Part shown: positions 20,021 through 29,374 of the stretch, one piece after another
Layout: each line of letters opens with the position of its first letter
How positions within the stretch are numbered: the stretch's first letter is position 1
Assembly: GCA_048886685.1 (NCBI GenBank)
Contig: JBHLKM010000008.1
Coordinates: 32,001-96,000 of the forward strand
DNA: 64,000 nt
Source: Candidatus Hodarchaeota archaeon
GTDB taxonomy: Archaea; Asgardarchaeota; Lokiarchaeia; Sigyniarchaeales; SOKP01
Reading direction: 5' to 3'
The notes under the pieces: model-generated
Database searches by the model: none
Seen by the model: the letters and a program-made list of their open reading frames with translations, nothing else
Told to the model about the DNA's origin: nothing
Program-made: the position numbers and the translations under genes

Positions 20021-21502
20021 ATGTCAAAAGTTAAAGAAGCATATAGTGAGATTGAGAGTGTTGTTGGGGAAGATTATGTATCCGATAAAGATTTCATGAA
20101 AGCAGCCTACTCTAGAAACGTCGATCCAGCGTTTCCTGACCGTTGGGCAGATATTATAGTAAGACCAGAAACTACTGAAGAAGTATCTGAGATTGTCAAA
20201 ATTGCGAATAAATACAAATTGCGTATGGTTCCTAGAGGTGGGGGTGCTGATCTGGTCGGGGGAAGTGTTACCGAAGAGGGGATACTAATTGATATGACAC
20301 GTATGAATAAGCTTGAAGAGTTTAATAAAGATGATTACTATATTGTAGTTGGAGTTGGAATTACGTGGGGAGATTTACTTTCTCAATTGGTACCTCAGGG
20401 GTATACAACAGGGATTACTGGTCCTGGGAGTGGATACTCTGCTACTATTGGGGGAGGTCTGTCGAATAGCACAGCGGGAGGAGGGTCAACTAAATACGGT
20501 CTCGTGCCTGACATCTGCCTTGGAGTTGAGGTGGTGCTTCCCAATCCAGAAGGAACGATAATTAGAACAGGTTCAGCAGCCAACAAATATGCAAAACCTT
20601 TTTGTAGGTATGGGGTTTCACCTGATTTTACAGGTCTGTTCATGGGTGACGTGGGCACCATGGGAATTAAATGCAAAGCATATTTACGAATATTCCGCGA
20701 ACACCCCTATAAAGCTAATCGTGTTTTTCTCCTCAAAGAATATGATTATAATAAAGTTTATTTGTTAGCTAAAAAAATTAGGTATGAAATTCCTGATGGT
20801 CTGCTTGGTTTAAGTGCATTTCCACCATTTTATTTTGCCCAATTTAAAATCCCAAACGCTAAAGGTCCAGGAATTTCAGTTACGCTAGAAGCTATGGAAA
20901 TGGAGATACTTAATATGTGCATTAAAAAACTTGAAGATATCATGAAGGAAGACACAATAATGATACCTGCCGCCCCTGGCGCTAACGCTGAACCTAATTT
21001 GAAAGCGGCTTTTCACTACTTTCAACCTTTGATTTCCCCGGTCCCTGGAAGAATTGCTATGGCAACATGTCATAAAATTCCAATCTCAACTTTAGGTAAA
21101 GTTCATGATGAGAATGTCGAGTGGAATAATAGGCATGCAAAAGATATACCAGGTTCAGTTATGCCAGGAGTATTTGAGGCAACACAGTACTTCTTACCCA
21201 ACGGAAATATGGTAGTCTTAGGAGGGGTAGCAGGAGAAAATAAGGATGAAATGCGGGAGAGGAATATGAAGCTATGGCATTCAAAAATTCGAACCCAAGT
21301 TCGATATGGTGGCGCTCATTATTGGCTAGGAGAATCTATTTCACAATCCCTTACCGAATCTGGAGCGTTTACACCGGAATATGAACAATTCTTCAGGGAT
21401 ATGAAGAAAACAGTTGATCCTAATTACCTTCTTTCGCCAAATAAGTTTCATCTGCATACTTACGATTCAAAGTTCGCAGATTATTATGTAGAACCGGATT
21501 AA
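20021..21502 (+). CDS. FAD-binding oxidoreductase, paralogue 4
   Basis: PRGGGADLVGG, GGAHYWLGE, MKKTVDPNYLLSPNK. Confidence 0.9.
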   Translation: MSKVKEAYSEIESVVGEDYVSDKDFMKAAYSRNVDPAFPDRWADIIVRPETTEEVSEIVKIANKYKLRMVPRGGGADLVGGSVTEEGILIDMTRMNKLEEFNKDDYYIVVGVGITWGDLLSQLVPQGYTTGITGPGSGYSATIGGGLSNSTAGGGSTKYGLVPDICLGVEVVLPNPEGTIIRTGSAANKYAKPFCRYGVSPDFTGLFMGDVGTMGIKCKAYLRIFREHPYKANRVFLLKEYDYNKVYLLAKKIRYEIPDGLLGLSAFPPFYFAQFKIPNAKGPGISVTLEAMEMEILNMCIKKLEDIMKEDTIMIPAAPGANAEPNLKAAFHYFQPLISPVPGRIAMATCHKIPISTLGKVHDENVEWNNRHAKDIPGSVMPGVFEATQYFLPNGNMVVLGGVAGENKDEMRERNMKLWHSKIRTQVRYGGAHYWLGESISQSLTESGAFTPEYEQFFRDMKKTVDPNYLLSPNKFHLHTYDSKFADYYVEPD

Positions 21503-21600
21503 AGATAAGATAAGACAAATTAAATTCTTTATTTTTCTTTTATTTTTTATTTTCAGCTAAATTTCTTTTTAAGGAAATCATAATGTAAATGGAATTTGAA

Positions 21601-21634
21601 TTAAGAATAACTATTAAATTAAATTCAACATTAA
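21601..21634 (+). promoter_or_regulatory. Conserved upstream block, copy 2
   Basis: TTAAGAATAACTATTAAATTAAATTCAACATTAA, at similar spacing from the SKVKEAYSEIE N-terminus. Confidence 0.55.
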
Positions 21635-21663
21635 AAAGAAATCAATACACATTAACAAAAAAA

Positions 21664-23205
21664 GTGATAAAAATTTCGAAAGTTAAAGAAGCATATAGTG
21701 AGATTGAAAATGTTGTTGGAGAAGACTATATAACTGATAAAGACTTTATGAAAGCAGCTTATTCAAGGAATGTTGATCCGGCATTCCCCGATAGATGGGC
21801 AGATATGATTGTACGGCCCGAATCTACTGAAGAAGTCTCTGAAATAGTCAAGATTGCCAATAAATATAAAATTCGAATGGTACCACGAGGTGGTGGTGCT
21901 GATCTCGTTGGAGGGTCCGTAACTGAAGGTGGGATTCTAATAGATCTTACAAGAATGAATCAAGTTATAGAATTCAATAAAGATGATTACTATATCGTAG
22001 TTGGATGTGGGATCACTTGGGGTGCCTTAATATCACACTTACACCCTACAGGTTATACTACTGGTATCATTGGTCCAGGAAGTGGGTTTTCTGCGACAAT
22101 CGGAGGTGGACTCTCTAATAGCACTGCAGGTGGGGGATCTACTAAGTACGGCCTTGTTCCTGATATTTGTTTAGGTGTTGAGGTAGTTCTTCCAAATCCT
22201 GAAGGGACTATTATAAGAACTGGATCAGCGGCAAATAAATATGCAAAACCTTTCTGTCGTTATGGGGTTTCCCCTGATTTCACTGGATTATTCATGGGAG
22301 ATGTAGGTACCATGGGAATTAAGTGTAAAGCATTCCTGCGATTGTTTCCTGATCCTCCCTACAAGCAGGCACGTATGTATGTCCTTAATAAAGAAGATTA
22401 TAACAAAGTATTTGAATTAACACATAAAATCCGGCATGAAATAAATGAGGGATTGAGAGATCTTTCTGTATTACCTGCAATTTTAATCCAAATGGCAGCT
22501 ACTCAATACCATCAACGAACTGGTGAAAGGATTAAAGCGAGGGGACCTCTAATGAATATAACAATAGAAACCATGGAGGAAAGTACATTAGAACTTAAAT
22601 TAGAGAAACTTGCAAAGATTATGGAGAATGATGCAGTTCAAGTACCTGGTTCATTGATAAATCCAGAATTTGATGATGAACCCAAATTTGGATATGATTT
22701 AGAAGGGACTTTTCATTTTTTTCAAGCATCTATTTCGCCAACACCATCTCAAATGGGAATGGCTACATGTCATAAAATTCCAATCTCACATATGGGTGAG
22801 GTATATAATAAGATCATTGATTTCAGTAAGAAACATGCTAGTGAGATGCAAGGTGCGATCTATCCTGGAATTTTTGCATCTATGCTTTATTTTCTCCCAA
22901 ATGGTAATTATGTAGTTTTAGGCCAAGCTACTGGGAAAAATGTAGAAGAAGAACGTGAAAAGAATATGGAAAGATGGCATAAAAAGATACGACATCAAGT
23001 TCGTTATGGAGGTGCTCACTACTGGCTAGGAGAGTCAATATCACAATCACTTACCGAGGCTGGAGCGTATACTCCAGAATATGAGCAATTCTTCAGAGAT
23101 ATGAAGAAAACCGTTGATCCCAACTATCTTTTAAGCCCAAATAAGTTCCATCTTCACACTTACGATTCGAAATTTAAGGATTATTATGTAGAAGAGGAGG
23201 ATTAG
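21664..23205 (+). CDS. FAD-binding oxidoreductase, paralogue 5 (start probably GTG 21664 or ATT 21673 rather than ATG 21589)
   Basis: Same motifs; the aligned start codon of paralogue 4 (ATG TCA AAA GTT) reads ATT TCG AAA GTT here. Confidence 0.88.
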   Translation: MIKISKVKEAYSEIENVVGEDYITDKDFMKAAYSRNVDPAFPDRWADMIVRPESTEEVSEIVKIANKYKIRMVPRGGGADLVGGSVTEGGILIDLTRMNQVIEFNKDDYYIVVGCGITWGALISHLHPTGYTTGIIGPGSGFSATIGGGLSNSTAGGGSTKYGLVPDICLGVEVVLPNPEGTIIRTGSAANKYAKPFCRYGVSPDFTGLFMGDVGTMGIKCKAFLRLFPDPPYKQARMYVLNKEDYNKVFELTHKIRHEINEGLRDLSVLPAILIQMAATQYHQRTGERIKARGPLMNITIETMEESTLELKLEKLAKIMENDAVQVPGSLINPEFDDEPKFGYDLEGTFHFFQASISPTPSQMGMATCHKIPISHMGEVYNKIIDFSKKHASEMQGAIYPGIFASMLYFLPNGNYVVLGQATGKNVEEEREKNMERWHKKIRHQVRYGGAHYWLGESISQSLTEAGAYTPEYEQFFRDMKKTVDPNYLLSPNKFHLHTYDSKFKDYYVEEED

Positions 23206-23216
23206 GTGAAATAAGA

Positions 23217-24422
23217 ATGACAGAGTTTGATCCAAAAGAAAAGTTTAAGCATTTGGCAAAAATTGGTCCAAATGTATTGCAATGTATTGCGTGCGGTGAT
23301 TGTAGAGAACAAACTGATTATACTGGCAATCCACCAAGATGGGGGGTATGCGTTGCCAAAGACCATACTTCTGGATTTGAACCCTATTTTGCAAGGGGGA
23401 AAATGCAGATTATTCGGTCTTTATGGCAGGGTAAATTAGAATTAAGCAAAGAAATGGCAGAAGTGATTTATCAATGTCCTACATGTAACACTTGTGCAGA
23501 AGCATGTGCGTATGATATGGATAATGTTGCATTGTATGAAGCACTAAGAGCCGAATTGGTAGATGCTGGTTGTGGTCTTGAAGTTCATATACCAATGAAT
23601 AAAGCCATGGTTGAACTGTTAAATCCTTATGAAAGAGATAATAAGCTTAAGGCCGAGTGGTTAAAAAAGCTAGATTTCAAGGTGAAGGATGCGAATACGG
23701 AACAAGCAGAAATTTTATATTTTGTTGGATGTACTGCAGCTTTAACTCCGGATATTGAGAATGTAGCAATTAATACTGCAAATATTCTTAAAAAACTAAA
23801 CATAGATTTTTCAGTATTTGGAGAACAAGAAGTTTGTTGTGGGAGCGTTGGAATGCGAACAGGAGACCTAAAAGCTTTTAATTCTGTAGCAACGAAGAAT
23901 TATGAAATGTTTAAGAAAAGTGGAGTGAAAACTATAATAACAAGCTGTGCAGGTTGTTATAGAACTTTAAAGAAAGATTATGCTGATCATATGGAAGATT
24001 TAGGAATTACTGTTTACCATACCATTGAATTCTTAAACAAATATATAAAAGAGAATAATATACAATTAAAGAATTTAGGTTTAAATACCACATATCATGA
24101 TCCATGTCATACAGGACGTCATATGGGTCTTTTCGAAGAACCACGAGAGATTTTGGGGAAGATTTCGAATTTAACTGAAATGAAGACTATAAAACAGAGC
24201 GCAAAGTGCTGCGGTGCTGGAGGAGGAGTTAAAAAGGGATTCCCAGAATTATCATTAGAGATCGCGAAAAGCAGAATAAAGGAAGCTGAGGAGACAGGAG
24301 CAGAATATTTAGTAAGTATGTGTCCTTTCTGTTTTAGGAACTTAGCAGATGCAATAGATGCAAGTGGTTCCAACCTAAAAATGGTTGATTTAACAGATTT
24401 AATAAATCAAGCTTTAGATTAA
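23217..24422 (+). CDS. Fe-S oxidoreductase with two CCG domains (GlcF/HdrD-like), paralogue of 5076-6314
   Basis: CIACGDC, CPTCNTCAEAC, YFVGC, CCGS, YHDPCH, CCGAGGG, CPFC; AGGTGA RBS. Confidence 0.92.
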   Translation: MTEFDPKEKFKHLAKIGPNVLQCIACGDCREQTDYTGNPPRWGVCVAKDHTSGFEPYFARGKMQIIRSLWQGKLELSKEMAEVIYQCPTCNTCAEACAYDMDNVALYEALRAELVDAGCGLEVHIPMNKAMVELLNPYERDNKLKAEWLKKLDFKVKDANTEQAEILYFVGCTAALTPDIENVAINTANILKKLNIDFSVFGEQEVCCGSVGMRTGDLKAFNSVATKNYEMFKKSGVKTIITSCAGCYRTLKKDYADHMEDLGITVYHTIEFLNKYIKENNIQLKNLGLNTTYHDPCHTGRHMGLFEEPREILGKISNLTEMKTIKQSAKCCGAGGGVKKGFPELSLEIAKSRIKEAEETGAEYLVSMCPFCFRNLADAIDASGSNLKMVDLTDLINQALD

Positions 24423-24487
24423 ATCTTTTTTTTATTTTTTATATTTTTTTTATTTAGACTTAAATTAATAAATCATACAAAGGTGAA

Positions 24488-26476
24488 ATGAGAAATATGC
24501 CAAGTATATCTGATCCAATTATTATAAGAGGAATGGAAGTAAAAAACCGATTCGGTTTTGCGCCTTGCCTTACCAGTTCATCCGATGCTATGGGACGCCC
24601 TACTCAAAGAACATTTAATGCATATGAAGTAAAAGCCCGTGGAGGAGTAGGGCTAATTACCTATGAAGGTACTGGTGTTGAACCCAGGTCTATTGGTGGG
24701 GCTGGTTCGAATATTGGGAGAGTCAAAAATATCCCAGAATACCGAAAAATGACCGATATGATTCATGAATACGGAGTGAAATGTGGAGTACAGTTAGCTG
24801 AGGGGGGAATAATAACTTTTGCGTTTGCGAAAGCGATGAATCTTTACATTCAACCTTTTGCACCTTCAAAAGTGGATTTATACGATGCAACTTCAGCATA
24901 TAAGTTATTAGTCCCAAATTGGAAAGAGCAGATTGAAAAAGATAATGCTGAAGTAAAAGTAATGAGTGTGGAAGATATTCATCGGGTACAAGATATGTTT
25001 GCTGCTGCTGCGAAAAATGCCATTGAAGCGGGATTTGATTTCATTGAGATACATTCTGCTCACGGGACATTGTATCATACCTTTTTATCGCCTTTTTTTA
25101 ATAAAAGAACTGATGAATATGGGGGATCCTATGAAAACCGGTGTCGTAATGTTCTTGAGACTGTTGGTAAAATAAGGAAGAATATTGGAGATAAATATCC
25201 TATCTTTGTTAGAATTTCCGCTGATGAGCTTTTAGATGACCCTGAAACTAACCATATTAAAGACACGATAGAGATTTCTAAAATTTTGGAAAAGGGAGGA
25301 GTGGATTGTATTGATGTAACTCAGGGTGTTATTTACCGAACACCTTACGGTATTACAATTCCTACCTATATAGATCATGGAGGTTTTATTCACTATGCTG
25401 AAGCAATTAAGAAAAATGTGAATATACCCGTGATAGGTGTAGGTAGAATCAATGATCCTAAAATGGCGGATGACTTTATCCGGCAAGGTAAAGCAGATAT
25501 TATCTATTTAGCTCGTCAATTAATTTGCGATCCTGAAACCCCAAATAAATATTTTGAGAATCGGTATGATGATATAATGAAATGTATTGGATGTTTAGTA
25601 GGATGTGGAAGTGTCTGCGTATTGGATGCATATAGCGGTCAAAATTATGAAGAACTTACCCCATCAAGCGACTTAAAGAAAATTGTAGTTTTGGGTGCTG
25701 GAATTGCGGGAATGGAAGCAGCAAGAGTTGCTAAACTCCGAGGTCATGAAGTCGAAATCTATGAAAAGACTGATAAAATAGGGGGATTAATGCCCCTTCT
25801 TGCTAAAGAATACAAAAAGGACGATTTTATTTTTATCTCTAATTATTTAAAAACTCAATTGAAAAAATTAAGGGTACCTATTCATCTCAATAAAGATTTA
25901 ACAAAAGAAGAAGTAGGTAGTTTGAATCCTGATATATTAGTTTTAGCAGCGGGATCTGAGCCAACAATTCCCGTAAATTTGAAAGGTAAATCAAATGTAT
26001 TAAATCAGGATGAAGCTATTCTAAAGAGTAAGCAGATTGGTAAGAACATAGTTATTTGGGGATTAAATGGCTATTGGCATGGAGGAGCAGAAACTATTCT
26101 TACATTTATCGAAGAGGGGTATAATGTAAAAGCTTTCATGGGACCAGAACCAGTAATCGCTCAAATACTTCCTGGGGGACGAAGATTATGGATTCTTGAA
26201 TATTTGAGAGATAAAAAAATACCTATATATACAAATGCAAAATTATTGGATGTCACTGAAAGCGGTGTAAAATTTCTGGACAAAGATCAAAAAGAGGTGT
26301 TTATTGAGGCAGATAGCTTTATCTACTGTGGTGCTCGTATTTCGAAGGGTAAGAAATTACAGGAAAAATTTGAAGGAGTTGCCCCTCGAATAGAGCTCAT
26401 AGGTGATTGTAAAAGTCCTCGAGATATTCAGTCTGCTATGACAGATGCTGAGAAGTTTGCGAGAGAATTAAATTAA
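24488..26476 (+). CDS. NADH:flavin oxidoreductase (OYE/2,4-dienoyl-CoA reductase/BaiH-like, with FAD/NAD-binding C-terminal domain)
   Basis: ARGGVGLI, EAGFDFIEIHSAHG, NKRTDEYGGS, CIGCLVGCGSVC, GAGIAGMEAA. Confidence 0.9.
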   Translation: MRNMPSISDPIIIRGMEVKNRFGFAPCLTSSSDAMGRPTQRTFNAYEVKARGGVGLITYEGTGVEPRSIGGAGSNIGRVKNIPEYRKMTDMIHEYGVKCGVQLAEGGIITFAFAKAMNLYIQPFAPSKVDLYDATSAYKLLVPNWKEQIEKDNAEVKVMSVEDIHRVQDMFAAAAKNAIEAGFDFIEIHSAHGTLYHTFLSPFFNKRTDEYGGSYENRCRNVLETVGKIRKNIGDKYPIFVRISADELLDDPETNHIKDTIEISKILEKGGVDCIDVTQGVIYRTPYGITIPTYIDHGGFIHYAEAIKKNVNIPVIGVGRINDPKMADDFIRQGKADIIYLARQLICDPETPNKYFENRYDDIMKCIGCLVGCGSVCVLDAYSGQNYEELTPSSDLKKIVVLGAGIAGMEAARVAKLRGHEVEIYEKTDKIGGLMPLLAKEYKKDDFIFISNYLKTQLKKLRVPIHLNKDLTKEEVGSLNPDILVLAAGSEPTIPVNLKGKSNVLNQDEAILKSKQIGKNIVIWGLNGYWHGGAETILTFIEEGYNVKAFMGPEPVIAQILPGGRRLWILEYLRDKKIPIYTNAKLLDVTESGVKFLDKDQKEVFIEADSFIYCGARISKGKKLQEKFEGVAPRIELIGDCKSPRDIQSAMTDAEKFARELN

Positions 26477-26488
26477 TTTTTTTTTTTT
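26477..26488 (+). terminator. Oligo-T terminator (representative; similar tracts follow 19840, 24422, 28575 and 49413)
   Basis: Long T run directly after the stop codon, as is typical for archaeal intrinsic termination. Confidence 0.55.
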
Positions 26489-26592
26489 AAAATAAAGTTT
26501 ACAAAAGAAATATTATTAGGACATTTTATAAGATTTTATCTTAAAGAAGAAAATAATAATTAGAAAAAAACATAAATGGAGCTTGAAAAAAT

Positions 26593-28575
26593 ATGGTAAA
26601 ATTATCAGATCCGATTACAATCAGAGGAATGACCGCAAAAAATAGGATAGGTTTTCCACCTATGTTAACATTTTCATCTGATGGGAAAGGAGGTCCTTCT
26701 CCCAGAACTTTTAATGTACATAGATTAAAAGCTCAAGGAGGAGTTGGAATGATAACATATGAGAATACCGGCCTTGAACCTGTGGCGGGGATGGGAAGTG
26801 CAAATATTGGCAAAGATGAACTTATTCCAGCTTACAAAAGTTTAACGGATATGGTGCATAGCCATGGTGCGAAAATAGGAATGCAAATTGGAAATGGGAG
26901 TTTAATAGGATTTTCTTTTGCGAACTTTTTGTTTAATATAAATCCTGGAAATCCTATAGGACCATCTAAAGTGGATTTAGCAAAAGCTACAGATGCATAT
27001 ACATTATATGATCCAACCTGGCCTGATAAACTAAGAAAAGAGAATTTTGAAATGCAAGTTCTTACTAAAGAGCAGATTCTGGCAATCGAAAATCTATTTG
27101 CAGAAGGAGCAAGAAGAGCAATCGAAGCTGGTTTCGATTATGTGGATATTCACTCTGGACATGGTATGTTACATGCTTCATTTTTATCTCCTTGGCTCAA
27201 TAAAAGGACTGATGAATATGGAGGTTCAATAGAAAATCGGTGCCGGTTTCATACCGAGACTATGCAAAAAATCAGAGAAAAAATTGGGGAAGAGCATCCA
27301 ATATTCATACGGTTTTCTGCTGATGAACTTATCGCTGAGGGAAATAGAATTGAAGACGGTATAAAGATAGCCAAAGCGTTAGAAAAAGGAGGAGCTGATT
27401 GTCTAGATATAACTCAAGGTATCATATATAGGAGTCCATTTGGAATTGAAATTCCATCCTACTGTAAACAAGGATGCTTCATTCGTTTACCCGAAGCAAT
27501 TAAGAAGGAGGTTAATATTCCTGTTATAGGGGTTGGGAGAATAACAAATCCAGCAATGGCAGATCAATTTATCCAAGAAGGAAAAGCTGATATTATATAT
27601 ATGGGAAGACAATTAATTTGTGACCCTGAGACACCCAATAAGTATTTCAGTGGACGTGCTGATGAAATCAGGTATTGTATGGGATGTCTACAGGATTGTA
27701 GTCGTGGATGCGTCCAAGATATTTTTGGAGGTCAAACTTACCGAGAGTTAACACCCTCTGAAGAACCAAAGAAAATTGTTATTTTAGGGGCAGGAATTGC
27801 TGGTTTAGAAGCTGCGAGACTTGCGAAACTTAGAGGTCATAAAGTTAAAATATATGAAAAAACGGATAAGGTTGGAGGACTAGTTAGGTTATTAGCAGCA
27901 GAGTATGGGAAATCAGATTACATAAACTCAGTAAATTATTCAGAATCACAATTAAAAAAATTGGGTGTTCCGATTAATTTAAATAAAGAGTTAACTAAAA
28001 ATGAGATTGTTAAGTTAAATCCTGATATTTTGGTTCTAGCAACTGGATCAGAAGCTACATTACCCGTGAAATTGAAAGATAAGCCAAATGTTATAACTCA
28101 AGATGAGTCGATACTTAAAAATAAGCCATTGGGTAAAGATATTGTCATTTGGGGATTAGAAGTTTACTGGCGGGGAGGACTTGAAACATGTATTTCACTT
28201 ATAGAGGAAGGATACAATGTGAAAGCTCTTATTGGTCCAGAAAAATCATTAGGAGAAACGATAAAAGGTCGTCAAGGAAGGAGATTCTGGTTACTCAATT
28301 ATCTAAAGAAAAATGATATTCCAATTTATAAAGAAGCCAAACTTCTAGAGGTAACTGAAAATGAAGTGAAATTCTTGGATGAAAATGAGGAAGAGCAATC
28401 AATCCAAGCAGACACTTTAGTATATTGTGGCTCACGTATTTCACATGGAAAGAAATTAAAAGAAGATTTTGAAGGTGTTGCTCCAGAGATTATTCTTATA
28501 GGAGACTGTAATAAACCAAGAGATATCAATACAGCAATAAGGGAAGCTCAAACTTTTGCTATGAAATTAAAATAA
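26593..28575 (+). CDS. NADH:flavin oxidoreductase, tandem paralogue
   Basis: AQGGVGMI, EAGFDYVDIHSGHG, NKRTDEYGGSIENR, CMGCLQDCSRGC, GAGIAGLEAA. Confidence 0.9.
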   Translation: MVKLSDPITIRGMTAKNRIGFPPMLTFSSDGKGGPSPRTFNVHRLKAQGGVGMITYENTGLEPVAGMGSANIGKDELIPAYKSLTDMVHSHGAKIGMQIGNGSLIGFSFANFLFNINPGNPIGPSKVDLAKATDAYTLYDPTWPDKLRKENFEMQVLTKEQILAIENLFAEGARRAIEAGFDYVDIHSGHGMLHASFLSPWLNKRTDEYGGSIENRCRFHTETMQKIREKIGEEHPIFIRFSADELIAEGNRIEDGIKIAKALEKGGADCLDITQGIIYRSPFGIEIPSYCKQGCFIRLPEAIKKEVNIPVIGVGRITNPAMADQFIQEGKADIIYMGRQLICDPETPNKYFSGRADEIRYCMGCLQDCSRGCVQDIFGGQTYRELTPSEEPKKIVILGAGIAGLEAARLAKLRGHKVKIYEKTDKVGGLVRLLAAEYGKSDYINSVNYSESQLKKLGVPINLNKELTKNEIVKLNPDILVLATGSEATLPVKLKDKPNVITQDESILKNKPLGKDIVIWGLEVYWRGGLETCISLIEEGYNVKALIGPEKSLGETIKGRQGRRFWLLNYLKKNDIPIYKEAKLLEVTENEVKFLDENEEEQSIQADTLVYCGSRISHGKKLKEDFEGVAPEIILIGDCNKPRDINTAIREAQTFAMKLK

Positions 28576-28641
28576 TACCTTTTTTTTGTAGTCAATTTTT
28601 TTTAAAGAAATTGTAAATAGGATTTCTATAGTTAATATAAT

Positions 28642-28983
28642 TTACATCCATGAAATTATTTTGGAGTTGTTGACAAGAATATCCACGAGATCATCATAAT
28701 CAATTCCTTTTATTTTGTCTCGCAAATTGTTTGGATTTATACTTCTTGCTTTAAGATCTGGGATTAAAGCATAAAAATTTATCGGCAAATTTAACAACGC
28801 AACTAACCCGGAAGGAATTATGCTTTTATTAGATGTGCCAATGACTCCATCATGAATTAATACGATGCTAATTTTACTTCCAATACTAATTTGTTCACTT
28901 ATTATTTTATTGAGATTTACTAGTAAAGAATTTTTTCTTGTACTAAATCCATATAAATAGACAAGAGAATTTGCTTCAATCAT
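28642..28983 (-). CDS. dsrH: DsrH/TusB family sulfur relay protein
   Basis: IVLIHDGV, YALIPDLKARSI, IDYDDLVDIL...IISW; last gene of an E-F-H operon (start ATG 28983 or TTG 28998). Confidence 0.82.
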   Translation of the reverse strand: MIEANSLVYLYGFSTRKNSLLVNLNKIISEQISIGSKISIVLIHDGVIGTSNKSIIPSGLVALLNLPINFYALIPDLKARSINPNNLRDKIKGIDYDDLVDILVNNSKIISWM

Positions 28984-29001
28984 GATTTTTTCCCTCAAAT
29001 T

Positions 29002-29370
29002 CTAATAATGGAAACATACTTCTGCTTTTTCTAATATTTGAGAAATTTCTTTTATACCAATAATTTTTAAATTTTCAATGGAAATAAGATCTGAATGGTT
29101 TAAACCCGCAATTTCAAGAGCCTCATCGTAGACGAAAATTTCTAAACCTGAAAGCTCAACCAACCTCATTATGTTGGTAAATGGTTCAATATTCAATGTT
29201 TCAGGATTTAAGTTTTTGCTAAGAAAATAGATGGCATCCCCCATAAAAATAACCTTACAATCTTCTATATCTCCAATTGCTAAAATTCCCGTAGCCATAC
29301 GGATGGATTCTACTACAGAATTTTTCCCGAAAGGAGAATCCTCACATATAATAACTATTGACTCAACCAT
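29002..29370 (-). CDS. dsrF: DsrF/TusC family protein
   Basis: SPFGKNSVVESIRMA, VIFMGDAIY; ATG at 29370 preceded by GAGGGTGA RBS (ORF track start is 29418). Confidence 0.82.
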   Translation of the reverse strand: MVESIVIICEDSPFGKNSVVESIRMATGILAIGDIEDCKVIFMGDAIYFLSKNLNPETLNIEPFTNIMRLVELSGLEIFVYDEALEIAGLNHSDLISIENLKIIGIKEISQILEKAEVCFHY

Positions 29371-29374
29371 GATA

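Noticed and set aside
21589-21663. N-terminal extension MEFELRITIKLNSTLKRNQY... of paralogue 5
   Set aside because: It corresponds to the duplicated non-coding promoter block also seen upstream of paralogue 4
14644-23205. Repeated nucleotide similarity as a CRISPR array, DGR template/variable repeats or mobile element
   Set aside because: The similarity is coding paralogy with synonymous divergence; no reverse transcriptase, cas gene, transposase or regularly spaced repeats were seen
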